The position numbers and the translations under genes were made by a program. 64,000 nucleotides of DNA from Octopus sinensis. Its lineage: Eukaryota. Within the stretch, counting starts at the first letter, position 1; each line of letters starts with the position of its first letter. This document shows, piece after piece, positions 1 through 11,900 of this stretch. The notes under the pieces were generated by a model that made no database searches, was not told the DNA's origin, and saw nothing but the letters and a program-made list of their open reading frames with translations. The stretch spans positions 187,984,001 through 188,048,000 of the forward strand of contig NC_042998.1 in NCBI RefSeq assembly GCF_006345805.1. The letters are read 5' to 3'.

Positions 1-899
1 ACATGAATGAATATTAAACTGATTCTATGTAATCTTTCCTTTTTAATGTTTATAACTTATATACACATTTTACCTATTTTGGTTATGATGTCATTTTTGA
101 AAAGCTTAAATTTTATTTTTATACAACGTAACAATATTGTTTATAAACAGTCACTAATAATGCCCCAAAATAAAATTTCCTCTGTATTAACTTCTTAGGT
201 TTCTTTGCATCTTGCCCCTTTAACTGATAATTAACATCATGATTTAAAGTCTTCTCCTTCCCAGCCTCTTTTTATAAACAGTTACTTATATCCAATTGAC
301 TACTCCTAATGCCTTCTTTCCTCCCTGAGGAAAAGGGATACATATAACAATATTTATGACCATACCTAGCCATGAGCTGTCAACTCACTCTTGTCCTTTA
401 TTCAAAATGGACACAATCTTCTAGTCTTAGATTTAGTAGTTGATAAAGAGATAAATGAATTAGAAATGAATTACAATCGCTTACAGCACTATGACTGCAA
501 CAGGCTTCATTCAAATCTTGGAAGTGTAGTCTATTCTTAGCTACAATAGTGACAACATAAATTTCTTCCATCTTCTCACTCTGTTAAAATATTTGAAAAA
601 AATTATGTGTCCTACTTGTTAAAATTCTATTTATTTATTTGTGCATATAAATTGATGTAATGATTGCATTGTTCAGTTAAATGGAGCCACTTGAAATGGT
701 CTTACTGCACCACTGCTTGATATCCTGTTGCTCTTTTTTGATATATATATATAAATAGGTATTTTTTCTACTGTGAGGATATGTATTCCTCCTATACGGA
801 TGAAATCATCCTAGTTACACTGGTTTAATACCCTATATCTACGAGAAATATCACATCGATATAAATTGGTATATCAAAAATGTAGAATATGATAAGCAA

Positions 900-1165
900 G
901 AGTTAGAGCAGTGGACTCGCTGTCGAGAGATCATGGGTTCGAATCTCAGACCGAGCAATGTGTGTGTTTATGAGTGAAACACATAAGCTCCACGTGGCTC
1001 CGGCAGAAGGTAATGGCGAATTTCACCACAATTTTCTCTCACTCTTTCCTCCTGCATCTTGCAGCTCACCTGCGATGGACCGGCGTCCTGTCCAGGTGGG
1101 AAACCTATACGCCAAGGAAACCGGGAAACCGGCCCTTATGAGCCAGGCATGGCTTGAGAAGGAAC
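900..1165 (+). mobile_element. tRNA-derived SINE, family D (5'-eroded)
   Basis: B-box-like ggttcgaatc, plus gcgatggac.ggcgtcc.gtccag...gaaaccgggaaaccggccc shared with 17186-17412 and 38429-38672. Confidence 0.7.
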
Positions 1166-3875
1166 AGATAATGATAAACAGGAAGCAAATGGAGAGTATG
1201 CAGATATAGATTAATTTATTAACATATAGTTAATTAAAATATTTTAAAATACTAACATGCACGAGCATAAATAAAGAAATGAATTCACTTATTCTTTCAA
1301 AATTGCACACACAAAGTTGTAAAATCTGTCAACATACATATTTATAAAAGCTATAATGTTGTATTTATTTTTATTCACATCTTGTTTTATTTACTTTTAT
1401 TTTTATTCATATTCTATTTTATTCTATTTTCTTTTCTTTTCTTTTATTTTATGAAATTTATTAACCCCCCCCCCCACACATATAAACATATTTTTGTTTA
1501 TTCAGTCTCTACCTAACATGTAATTCTTTTATGTCAATTAGGACTGATGAAGTTTTACTAATATTCTAAATGCAAATTTTATTTAATTTTATTTATAAAT
1601 TTGTAATTAGTATTGAGTAAAATTGAAACAATTGTAGGCATTTTTAATAAATTAATTTATGTCTATATACCCTCCATTTTCTTCTTGTTTATATATATAG
1701 ACTTATATACATACATACATATATGTTTACCACAGAAACTTCCAAAACTAGAAATCCGTAATTATTAAGGATTATCTTAAGTATTATCCTAGCATAAGAT
1801 TACCAATCAATACAATCATGGAATATCAATCATCATCATCATGATCATGATCTAGTGTCTGTTTTCCATGCTGGCATGAATTGGATGGTTTGACAGGAGC
1901 GGGCAAAGCCGAGAACTGTACTGGGCTCCATTGTCTGTTTTGCTATGGTATCTATGACAGGTTGCCCTTCCTAATGCCAACCACTTTACAGAGTATAGTG
2001 GGTGCTTTTTATGTGGCTCAAGCACCCACATTGTGGGTGGTGAGATTAAGTGAGGTGATACAGAGGCTTGGACTGGGTGAGTGGGCATCATAGAGGTGAC
2101 TGAAACAAACGATGGAGAGAAATACAAGAGAGGCTTGGGAATGGGGGTTGCAGTGGATATGTGAGAATATTGAGGGTGATAGTAGATAAGTGAGGCATTA
2201 GTGCTGAAGAGCACAGGGGAGAGAAGGCGTGGAAAGGAGGTGATTGGTGGAGGCAATAAGTGGGGGAAGATAATGGGGAAAATGGAAGTGGTTTGGAGTG
2301 GGGCAAGGAAGGTAACTGAGAATGCAGAGGAATGTAGTATATGCCTATTCTGCTCTCAAGTGATAGAGAAGTGATGGATGTTAGGGGATGAAATGTGGGA
2401 GAAATGTTTGACATGGCTGAGCTGATAGAGATGAGGATGAAGCAGAGCACCTCATGGTCAAGCATTACCAAGGTGGTTCTAAGATATCAATTTTGTGGTG
2501 GTAGATGGGTTTTCTTGAATACAGCAAGGCGCCCAGATATCTTGATATTACATATGAATATATGTGAGAATACAAACAGCAAAACTACAACCAGCCTTGA
2601 GCCCTTCAACAAGTTCAACTCTATAAGAATGAAAGTCTGCACAAAACAACAAGATTACATGATATAAAAGATTTATAGACAATAAGCACATCAAACATAT
2701 ATTCCCATCATCAGCTGCCAAACAGATAGCACTATGGTTTCAACACCTGGGTAGCATCATTTAATCCAGCAGTGCCAACAGCATTGAAAACATAATAAAT
2801 GCTACCTAGGATCAATAGACAAGTAGCAAGAGCACATGTCCATTAATTATATCTACACCTGCTTATTATTACACATGCCAACTTTGAATATAAACAAAAT
2901 CATATTAAACTTATAGCTGCAAATCGTTGAAAGTAGTATTTGCCATATATTTTTTCCCACCTTCATTACAACCACCTCCATGTTACATCCAGCTTTAATT
3001 AGATTATCTAATTAATAGTAATTATCAGCTATATCCAGTGAGATCCCTGGGTTGTTTCATTGACTTTATTTCATGTATATCTCTTTTTTTTTTAAGATCT
3101 CATACATTTGGTTATTTGTCGTTATGACGAATGTCCCCCTGTATCTTTTGCCTATTCATTATTTGTACTTATTATATATTTGTTTGAAGCTGATGATAGA
3201 CTCTGTTACTACATCATGTTTCTTTTGTCATCTGAACTGTACAAATTAAGGAACATAGAGTAGTAGCAGAGGGAATCATTAACATAATCTCTAAGTTTAA
3301 ATTTAGCCAGATTGCATCAGTATGTCTCTGTATGAATATTGACTTGATTGCAAAATTTCAAACCGTTTTAAGATTTTGGTAGGTTTCATTTAACTTTGAT
3401 CACTGTAGAGCTGAAAAGATACAGCTTATAGGCATATTGAAAATAACATCTCAAAGTGGAAAATGACTTAAATATCATTGTTGAATCTGACAACTGATAA
3501 GAAATTGCTTTTACACTAATGCCATACATATATTGCAAAATTGCCACTGACTGTGAAGTCAGTTCACTACTGTCACTGTTCTGTTGTAAACCTTGTGTAT
3601 ATTTCCCAAGTTACATTTTATAGTAAGACTATATATGTTTTAAACACACTTTGGTATATTGAATCTACAATTATCTTTCTTTTTGTTCTATCATTAGTTT
3701 AACCATTTTGCTTCTTAATATTAGAATTAATCCTTTTGTGGAAAATAATAACTACTTATTTTCATTACTATTTGCATTTTATTTGTTTATTCAGGTTATT
3801 ATTTCAAAGGCAGTGTTCTAGATTTGAGTGTAGCCTTGCACTATGTTTTGACACCAGCAATAATCATATAAAGTT

Positions 3876-4100
3876 CTTTACTACCCACAAGGGGCTAAAC
3901 ATAGAGGGGGCAAACAAGGACAGACAAAGGGATTAAGTTGATTACATCGACCCAGTGCGATACTGGTACTTTATTTATTGACCCTGAGAGGATGAAAGGC
4001 AAAGTCGACCTCGGCGGAATTTGAATTCAGAACATAACGGCAGACGAAATACCGCTAAGCATTTCGCTCCGCGTGCTAACGTTTCTGCCAGCTCGCCGCC
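3876..4100 (-). mobile_element. tRNA-derived SINE, family B
   Basis: Reverse complement of the copy at 4972-5182. Confidence 0.8.
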
Positions 4101-4971
4101 TCAGCAATAATCATATAAGGTTCTCTCTTTGTCTACAGAATTGTAGACAAGACTAAAATATATCTGTAAAAATATAATTTGTTGATTGGCTGTACTTAAA
4201 AATATTTTATTCATCCCAGTGAGCTCCTCTTGTCTCTATTTTTGATATCTGTATGTGATGAGGACAGAGATCTTCCAATGTATCATAACAACGGAGTGTC
4301 TCTTTGCAGGCCAACTGTAAGCTGATCCAATCAAATTTGTTTCCCCACTTATCTCTGATAGCATCTGTTTCATTTGTTTCCTGTATGAACTGCTTAAAAA
4401 GTGTCTTTAAAAATATCTGTTTAAAAGTAGATGTCATTTCTATTCTTCCATTGTAATGATTTCATTTCTTCATAACAGACAATATTAGAATGTTGATTAG
4501 TTGAAAATAGCTACAAATATATAATGAATCAAAACAAAAATGAAGATCGTGTTTCATTAGCCAGAGTTTTTGTTTGAGTTTAGATTGTTTATGTAAAATA
4601 GCCTTAAACGTGTGGAGATGCAGCAGCAAGGAAAGCAGGAGAAAGAGGACAGTATCCCAGTTAAGGTGTTTGATATGTGGAAGATGTCAGTATCAGCTGA
4701 CAAATGGTATTGCAAAAATGTTTTGTTTAAAGTAGGGTGGTCTGTGGTGGAGGTGAAGTCAATTAAGCACAATAGCAATTACCTGAATTAATATCTGTTG
4801 ACAGTTTTTTATTGAATATTTATGACAGGTATAGGTTATATCATCTGGCTTCTAACTTTCCCTAACTTGCTGTTCTGTGACAAGTGATGATTGTTATGTT
4901 GTAGGAAAATATAATTATAGCAGTTATGGGTTGGTTATATTGTACTTGTCAAGGTGGTGAGCTGGCAGAAA

Positions 4972-5182
4972 CGTTAGTGCACCGGGTGAAATGCTTAGCG
5001 GTATTTCGTCAGACGTTACGTTCTGAGTTCAAATTCTGCCGAGGTAGACTTTGCCTTTCATCCTTTCGGGGTCGATAGATAAAGTACCAGTTTCGCACTG
5101 GGGTCAATGTAATCGACTTAATCCCTTTGTCTGTCCTTGTTTGTCCCCTCTATGTTTAGCCCCTTGTGGATAGTAAAGAAAT
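4972..5182 (+). mobile_element. tRNA-derived SINE, family B
   Basis: A/B-box-like head (gctggcagaaacgttag...gagttcaaattc) and gcctttcatcctttcggggtcgat body. Further copies near 7410, 20275, 35396, 35638, 47228, 48385 and 58410. Confidence 0.8.
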
Positions 5183-6669
5183 ATATATTGTACTTGTCTA
5201 CGGCTTATGTTTATTCTAGGGCTGATATACAGCAGTGTTTTAATGATTTCAGTTAAAGTATATTGCATGACAGAAGTGTGGTTATGTGTAAGGATAGGAG
5301 ACTGTGTTAGTCTGAAAAATTTTGTGTTTGCCAAGAGAAAAATTACATCAACTTAAGCAACAAAACAAAGCTTATTTCATGTCATTCAATTTCTTTTTTA
5401 TTTACAGTTTACAAATATTTTTTTTTTCTGTGAATTCAAAAAATTGCCACAAAAACCACACATGGTTTGAAACAGATCATAACCACATTTAGCTTGAAAC
5501 TAGCTCTTAACCCTGATTGGTTAGATACTAACACTTAAAATCTTGTGTCTTTCAATCAGCTGAAGTACTCCAAAAACAATTGGCTACATGAGGAATCTCC
5601 ACCAGTAGCTATTATTCATTCAAGACTCTTATTAGAATAACTGAAAGAGGTTACATTGTTATAGTCACATTGTTAGTTACTTATCAGTCAAGTATATGAT
5701 TTTGTTTTCCTTGCATCATTTACAAAGCGTTTTAATTGAATTTTAAGCATCTATTTGTAATCTTTTGTGTGGTGATTCATTCACAAAATCTTCATTTGTT
5801 TTATGCTTGTTTTTCCATGCTAGCATGGATTAGATGAATACATATTATTGAGACATTGTTTTTTATGGTTTGATGCCCTTCCTGTTGCTAACCCTTATTG
5901 GATTTTCAAGTTTAAGGGATATATTTGTATGTGTGTGTGTCTGCCTGCATTTGTGTTAACTGGTTTCAAAACAGTGTGTCTAGTTACATAACTTTACATC
6001 ATAAAAAAAGTAGAATTTACCTATATAAAATCAAACTACAGACTCAACAATAAAAGCACAAAGGCAGTTATTTAAAGGGACACACATGTGGTTTCACCAT
6101 TGCTTTATAGTCAATAAAAAAAGAACCTTCATTTTATGTTTTTTTTTTATTAGTATTAAGATTAGCTTGCATACTCATAAGGAAAGACATGAAGTTTACT
6201 CTGTTTTTATGTTTGGTGGTTAGCAGATTTATCCAACCACCTTCCTACAGTCTGTTGGCAGTTCTTCTCCTTTGGCCTAAGTTAGTCTTGCTTTACCACT
6301 AACTCCATCATGTTTGTATATGTCTGACCATCAGTAATGTTTAGTTGCACTTCTTTATTTATAACTTTGTAAATACACAGTCATTAAAAGAAATGGTGGT
6401 ACAGTGGAAGAGTGATTAAAGTAAGTCTAGTTACAGTGGAAGAGTGATTAAAGTAAGTCTAGTATATTGTTGGTAATAATTAGTCTATTGATCATGGAAA
6501 GAGAAAATATAAAGTTGATCACTCAAACTGGATACTACAAATATCCAGTTGTACCGGATTACCTTTCTTCTTTTTTTTTTGTTTTTCGATAATGGTAATG
6601 ATAATAATGATGATGATAGATAATGAGGACATTGATGCTGGTAGTGATGATGATAATAACTACAACAAT

Positions 6670-7403
6670 AACTAGAAAAGCACTTGGAGAGCGCAGACCT
6701 CCTCCAAGCAGCTCATTTCCACCCATATACACACATGCTAAAAATCACCCAATTTTCCAAACCAATGGCGGCAAAAATATAAGCTCCTTGGCTGCGGTAA
6801 AAAAAACCCCTTTAAAAACAAGAATTATCTGAAGCAGTTCACAACCACCAACATCATCAGCAGCATTATCATTGCTTCCACTTCAACCACATACACCACC
6901 ATCAATGTTATCATGACAGTTACCTTGACAGTCACTTTCACCACCACAACCAGTATAACCACTGCAATACCACCATCACATAACTAACACTATCATCAAC
7001 ACCACTATTACCACCATCACCTCAGCATCACACAGCTCCTGTAGCCATTATAACCACTGATATTATTTTATCCTCCTCCCATACTTATCTAGACCATTGT
7101 CATCATCAACACTGTCACTAAACAGCAATGCCACCATAGGTTATGTGGAAACGATGTGTTTTCAAGGGAGATAGTCAAAGATCGTAACATTGTAGTACTT
7201 CATATAAAGTAAATATAACAAATGAAAAATCCTTAAAGAATCCATAAAAATTCCCAGATCATCTGTTCCTTGTGTCATTACCAACTTTTCCTGCAAGTTT
7301 CATCAAATACCGTTCACAACTTTTTGAGTTATTTTGCACACAGACAGACGGATGGACAAACCAACCCCAATGAAAACATAACCTCCTTCCTTGGCGGAGG
7401 TAA
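6670..7403. mobile_element. Helentron-associated (HINE/DINE-1-like) non-autonomous element
   Basis: Subterminal inverted repeat acctcc(t)ccaag (6697) / cttggcggaggt (7390), terminal hairpin acctcc...ggaggt, internal GACA/GACG microsatellite, A/T-rich flanks. Confidence 0.55.
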
Positions 7404-7659
7404 TAATAATCCTTTCTACTATAGGCACATGATCTGAAATTATTCGGAGCAGGAAGACTGTTGATTACATTGATCCCAATACTCAAATGGTACTTATTTT
7501 ATTGACCCTGGAAGGATGAAAGACAAAGTTGACCTCGGTGACATTTGAACTCAGGACATAACGATGGACAAAATGCTGCTAAGCAGTTTGTCCAGTGCAG
7601 TAATGATTCCACCAGGTTCTCACTTAATCATGGTAATAATAAGAAAAAGTGAGCTATTG

Positions 7660-7980
7660 AACCAAATTGACCAGATATGATTGTAGAAAGACACTATATA
7701 TAAAAAAATTATAAGACTTTGCAGTCCTATATCGTAGTAGTATGGAGATCAAGAAAACTGATTAAAATTGAGAAATACCAGGACCTACCCAGAGAGAGGA
7801 AAAAAATTGTGGAACAAGATGAAAATTGTTCCTGTGGTAATTAATGCATTGAATGTAACATCCAAATTGCTACATAAAAGGCTGAAGGATATTGCATTTG
7901 AAGTACATATTGTCAACCTGCAGAAAAATGCCATCTTGTGTAATGTGCAAGAATCCTGAGAAAAATTCTTGACATTTGAG
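7660..7980 (+). mobile_element. Degenerate non-LTR retrotransposon 3' end, restriction-like endonuclease (R4/Dong-like)
   Basis: Frameshifted peptide PDMIV...DFAV...KIEKYQDL...LWNKMKIVPVVINAL...LQKNAIL..ARILRKILDI*. Confidence 0.65.
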
Positions 7981-8048
7981 GAAATTTATCATCAAATGTC
8001 AGGATAGAATCCCTGCAAATTTAATTAGCATGTAATAATTTTCATATA

Positions 8049-8559
8049 CCATAAATCCTCGAGTATAGTCTGCCCTTGAGTATAATATGCAGGAGATTTT
8101 TAGGGGGCTGTTCCTCTGAAAAACCTAAACCTTGTGTATAATACGTACCCCTTATCTAACTTGAGTCAAGGAGGTCTATATAACGTCCTTGGTTTGTAAA
8201 AATGTATACGGTAACATCCTTTATTATTATTGTATATATAACAATGCAAACGTGTAGGCTTTTGTGCATTTTGTTTGCAGAAAATAAAGAAATAACAGTA
8301 ACAACATTTAATAAATGTTGCTTACTGCAAGTAATGAATGATTCTTTTATGACTTCATTGCATTCAGGCTTAGCTTAAGGTATTTTCGCGCCTGACATCA
8401 CAAAATGCGTCTGAATAAACATTGCCGGACAGCAAATAGTGACTCGGACATTGCTTAGAAAATATTTTTTCATTTTTAACTTCATATATAGTACGCACTA
8501 GGGATTTTGGCCTTTAAATTTTGGGAAAAAAAATGTGGATTATACTCGAGGATTTACGG
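8049..8559. mobile_element. Tc1/mariner/pogo-type non-autonomous DNA transposon
   Basis: TIRs cc(a/g)taaatcctcgagtata at both ends, each flanked by TA. Confidence 0.8.
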
Positions 8560-8844
8560 TATACAACTTACTAACACACATTACATATACTACTCACATA
8601 GTCACCATACAGTTCACTCTATATACCCTACCTCCTCCTCATCTACATAATTTGAAATTGAAAATATATACGTGTTTTATTTCAATCTCTTGGCACCAAG
8701 ATGCTCTGTTAACATCTCTGCAGTTTCGGTTGGTTTTCTTAATTTATATTTTCTTATTTATATATTGTGTTCATTATATACATTTGATTTATTTCAGTTT
8801 TAGTTAGAAATAAGAAATGACTTGTAATTTGTTTTTTTTTATAG

Positions 8845-8903
8845 AACTCGAACGCCGAATTAAAGTCAACAATGCTGAATATAACCTCCAGTTTGGATAT
8901 GCC
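8845..8903 (+). CDS. ATP8B: ATP8B-like exon: (E)[19 protein letters not shown]
   Basis: ttttatag acceptor, gtaagt donor. Resembles the ATP8B N-terminal ERRxxAND..YN..F.YA segment. Confidence 0.85.
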
Positions 8904-11900
8904 GTAAGTAGTCAACATATAAATGAACTTTTGAAGTTAGAAACATTCATAGGTTGAAACCTTACCAAAGGCATTATTTCCTTTAATGCCTTCATAATGC
9001 TGTCAGTCTAACACAAAAGGGCAAATACACTCAGCAAACTAAAAGCACAAATATTTTCCTCAAGTAATCTTTAATATTTTAGGAGAAAAAAAACTAACAT
9101 TCACTTTGATCAATTTCACTGTAATTATCACATCAGCTTAAAGACACAAAGTGCTCAAGTTGCTACAATGTAATGCAATCAGATTGTGTTAGGTGTAGTA
9201 TGCACCTAGCACAATATAGATAGATTATCCCATAAACGTTACATAATATTTTCCAATTGTCACGTCACATTTCACACAACCAGACATTGCATTATGGGAA
9301 GTAGAACATGGTCTCAGACAGAATGGATATCTGAATGAATATAGAATGAATATAGGAATATAGAATATGGGAATATAGAATGAATATCAGAATGAATATA
9401 GGAATATAGAATATGGGAATATAGAATGAATATCAGAATGGATATAGGAATATAGAAATATAGAATGAATATCAGAATGAATATAGGAATATAGAATAAA
9501 TATAGGAATATAGAATGAATATCAGAATGAATATAGGAATATAGAATATGGGAATATAGAATGAATATAAGAATATAGAATGAATATAGGAATATAGAAT
9601 ATGGGAATATAGAATGAATATAGGAATATAGAATATAGGAATATAGAATATAGGAATATAGAATGAATATAGGAATATAGAATATGGGAATATAGAATGA
9701 ATATCAGAATGAATATAGGAAACAAACTCTCCAGGTTTCAGCTGTGTCTTTGCATTACACCTAGGTTTGCTTGAGTAGATAGCACTTAACAGCTATAGCA
9801 ACCAAATTTTTATTAGTCTACTGGTTTGGTTTTTTATGAAATTAAACAGTTAGTACCTCTTTACTATGTTAATGTACCTTGGAAATTTACTAGTAGCACT
9901 TTATAGATATAGTAATCTCTCTAGTTACTATAGAAGTATCATATTTATCCAGAGACAATATTGGTCATAAATATTTTCTGGTATACAAGTGGTACATGCA
10001 CTCATGCTGCTAGAAGTAGACAAATTTTCTCATTACCTTAATAAAAAAAGACTAGAAGGATTTATGGAAATTCCATGGAATAAAAAGAATTAAGGGGAGC
10101 TATTTAAGAAAGAAAGGATGATTTGCATTTTTATTGCCTATAAATCTTGTTGCCTGTGTAATAAATGGAAGAAAAATAAACAATAACAATCTATACAATA
10201 CTTAATACATATATTTGTTAGTATTTAATCTTATTGAAACTGTGAGATCTATATATAATTGCATATTCCTTATTATGCAGTATTTTATCATATTTACTTT
10301 ACTTTATACACGCTCCTCACTCACTCCATCTCCCCCTCTCTCTAACAATGTGTGAATGAATGAACAGGCAGAATTATAATATAGATGATACATGATACAA
10401 AATGGTTCTTGAAATACCAAAAGCATGGATGGTCACAACTGGAACACTTTTTTTCATCAGTCTGCTTAATTAGAGCTTACTTGTAGCTGAACCTCCTCCT
10501 CCCTTCCACAACAACAGCAACAACAACAACATGAAATTTGCATTGTTTCATATTTTTTTGTTTTGTTGCTAATTCCTTCCAACATTGTTTTCAAGTTAAA
10601 GATCAATACTTGTTCAATGCTAATTTTTAGTTTTCGTACATCCCATTTTACTTGTATAGATACACCTGCTCATGTATATATGATCACATACATATACATG
10701 TGTACAAACATTTCACAGCTGTTACATAGATATATTTTCATATGTTTTTTGTCTCCTTTATGCTGTGTACAGTTACAAATATACTCATTTTATCTGCATA
10801 TATGCCCTCCTTTGATATGTTATTTCATTACTTTCCTACCATCACCAATTTTTATTGCTACCATCTCTCTCTCTCTCTCTCTCCTATCTTTCTTCTCTCT
10901 CTCTCTCTCTCTCTCCTATCTTCTCTCTCTCTCTCTCTCCTATCTTTCTTCTCTCTCTCTCTCTCTCTCCTATCTTTCTTCTCTCTCTCTCTCTCCTATC
11001 TTTCTTCTCTCTCTCTCTCCTATCTTTCTTCTCTCTCTCTCTCCTATCTTTCTTCTCTCTCTCTTGCCTATCTTTCTTCTCTCTCTCTCTCTCTCCTATC
11101 TTCTCTCTCTCCTATCTTTCTTCTCTCTCTCTCTCTCCTATCTTTCTTCTCTCTCTCTCCTATCTTTCTTCTCTCTCTCTCCTATCTTTCTTCTCTCTCT
11201 CTCTCTCTTATCTTTCTTCTCTCTCTCTCTCCTATCTTTCTTCTCTCTCTCTCTCCTATCTTTCTTCTCTCTCTCTTGCCTATCTTTCTTCTCTCTCTCT
11301 CTCTCGCCTATCTTTCTTCTCTCTCTCCTCTTTCTCCCTCTCTCTCTCTGTCACATTAGTCCTGATATCGCTCATTGCTGATGTCCATCACTAGCTGTTT
11401 CACATTATTCTCTCTCTCTTTTTCTCTCCCTCTCTTGCATTACTCCTTTATGTTAATGTCCATCACTTTGTCTTTCACATTAGTCTCTCACTTCCATTAC
11501 TCCTTTCTTTCATCGTCATCATCATCATTTAGCGTCCACTTTCCATGCTGGCATGGATTGGAAGGTTTGACTGAGAACTGGCAAGCCAGAAGGCTGCACC
11601 AGGCTTCAATCTTGATCTGGCAGTGTTTCTACAGCTGGATCCCCCTCCTAACGCCAACAACTCTGTGAGTGTAGTGGGTGCTTTTCCTTCCTTTTCCTTA
11701 TTATCATGCTGTCTTCCATCATTAGATAACTCTTGCTATATTCTGTTCCATCTTCTTACCAACAATCAGCATGTAGCTATCACACTCTTGCTCCAATCAC
11801 TCAAGTTTCCCATTCTTACTCTTTCCTGACACCCTCTCACTATAGCTCTTTTATCATCATTCTCTCTTCTATCATCCTTCAGTCATGTTTTGAAGACAGT

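Noticed and set aside
6400-6463. 32-bp perfect tandem duplication (also a 21-bp one near 13806)
   Set aside because: Ordinary slippage duplication with no functional context.
10563-11394. Long ORFs of 179-272 aa
   Set aside because: Translations of the (CT)n satellite; low-complexity Ser/Leu with no domain.
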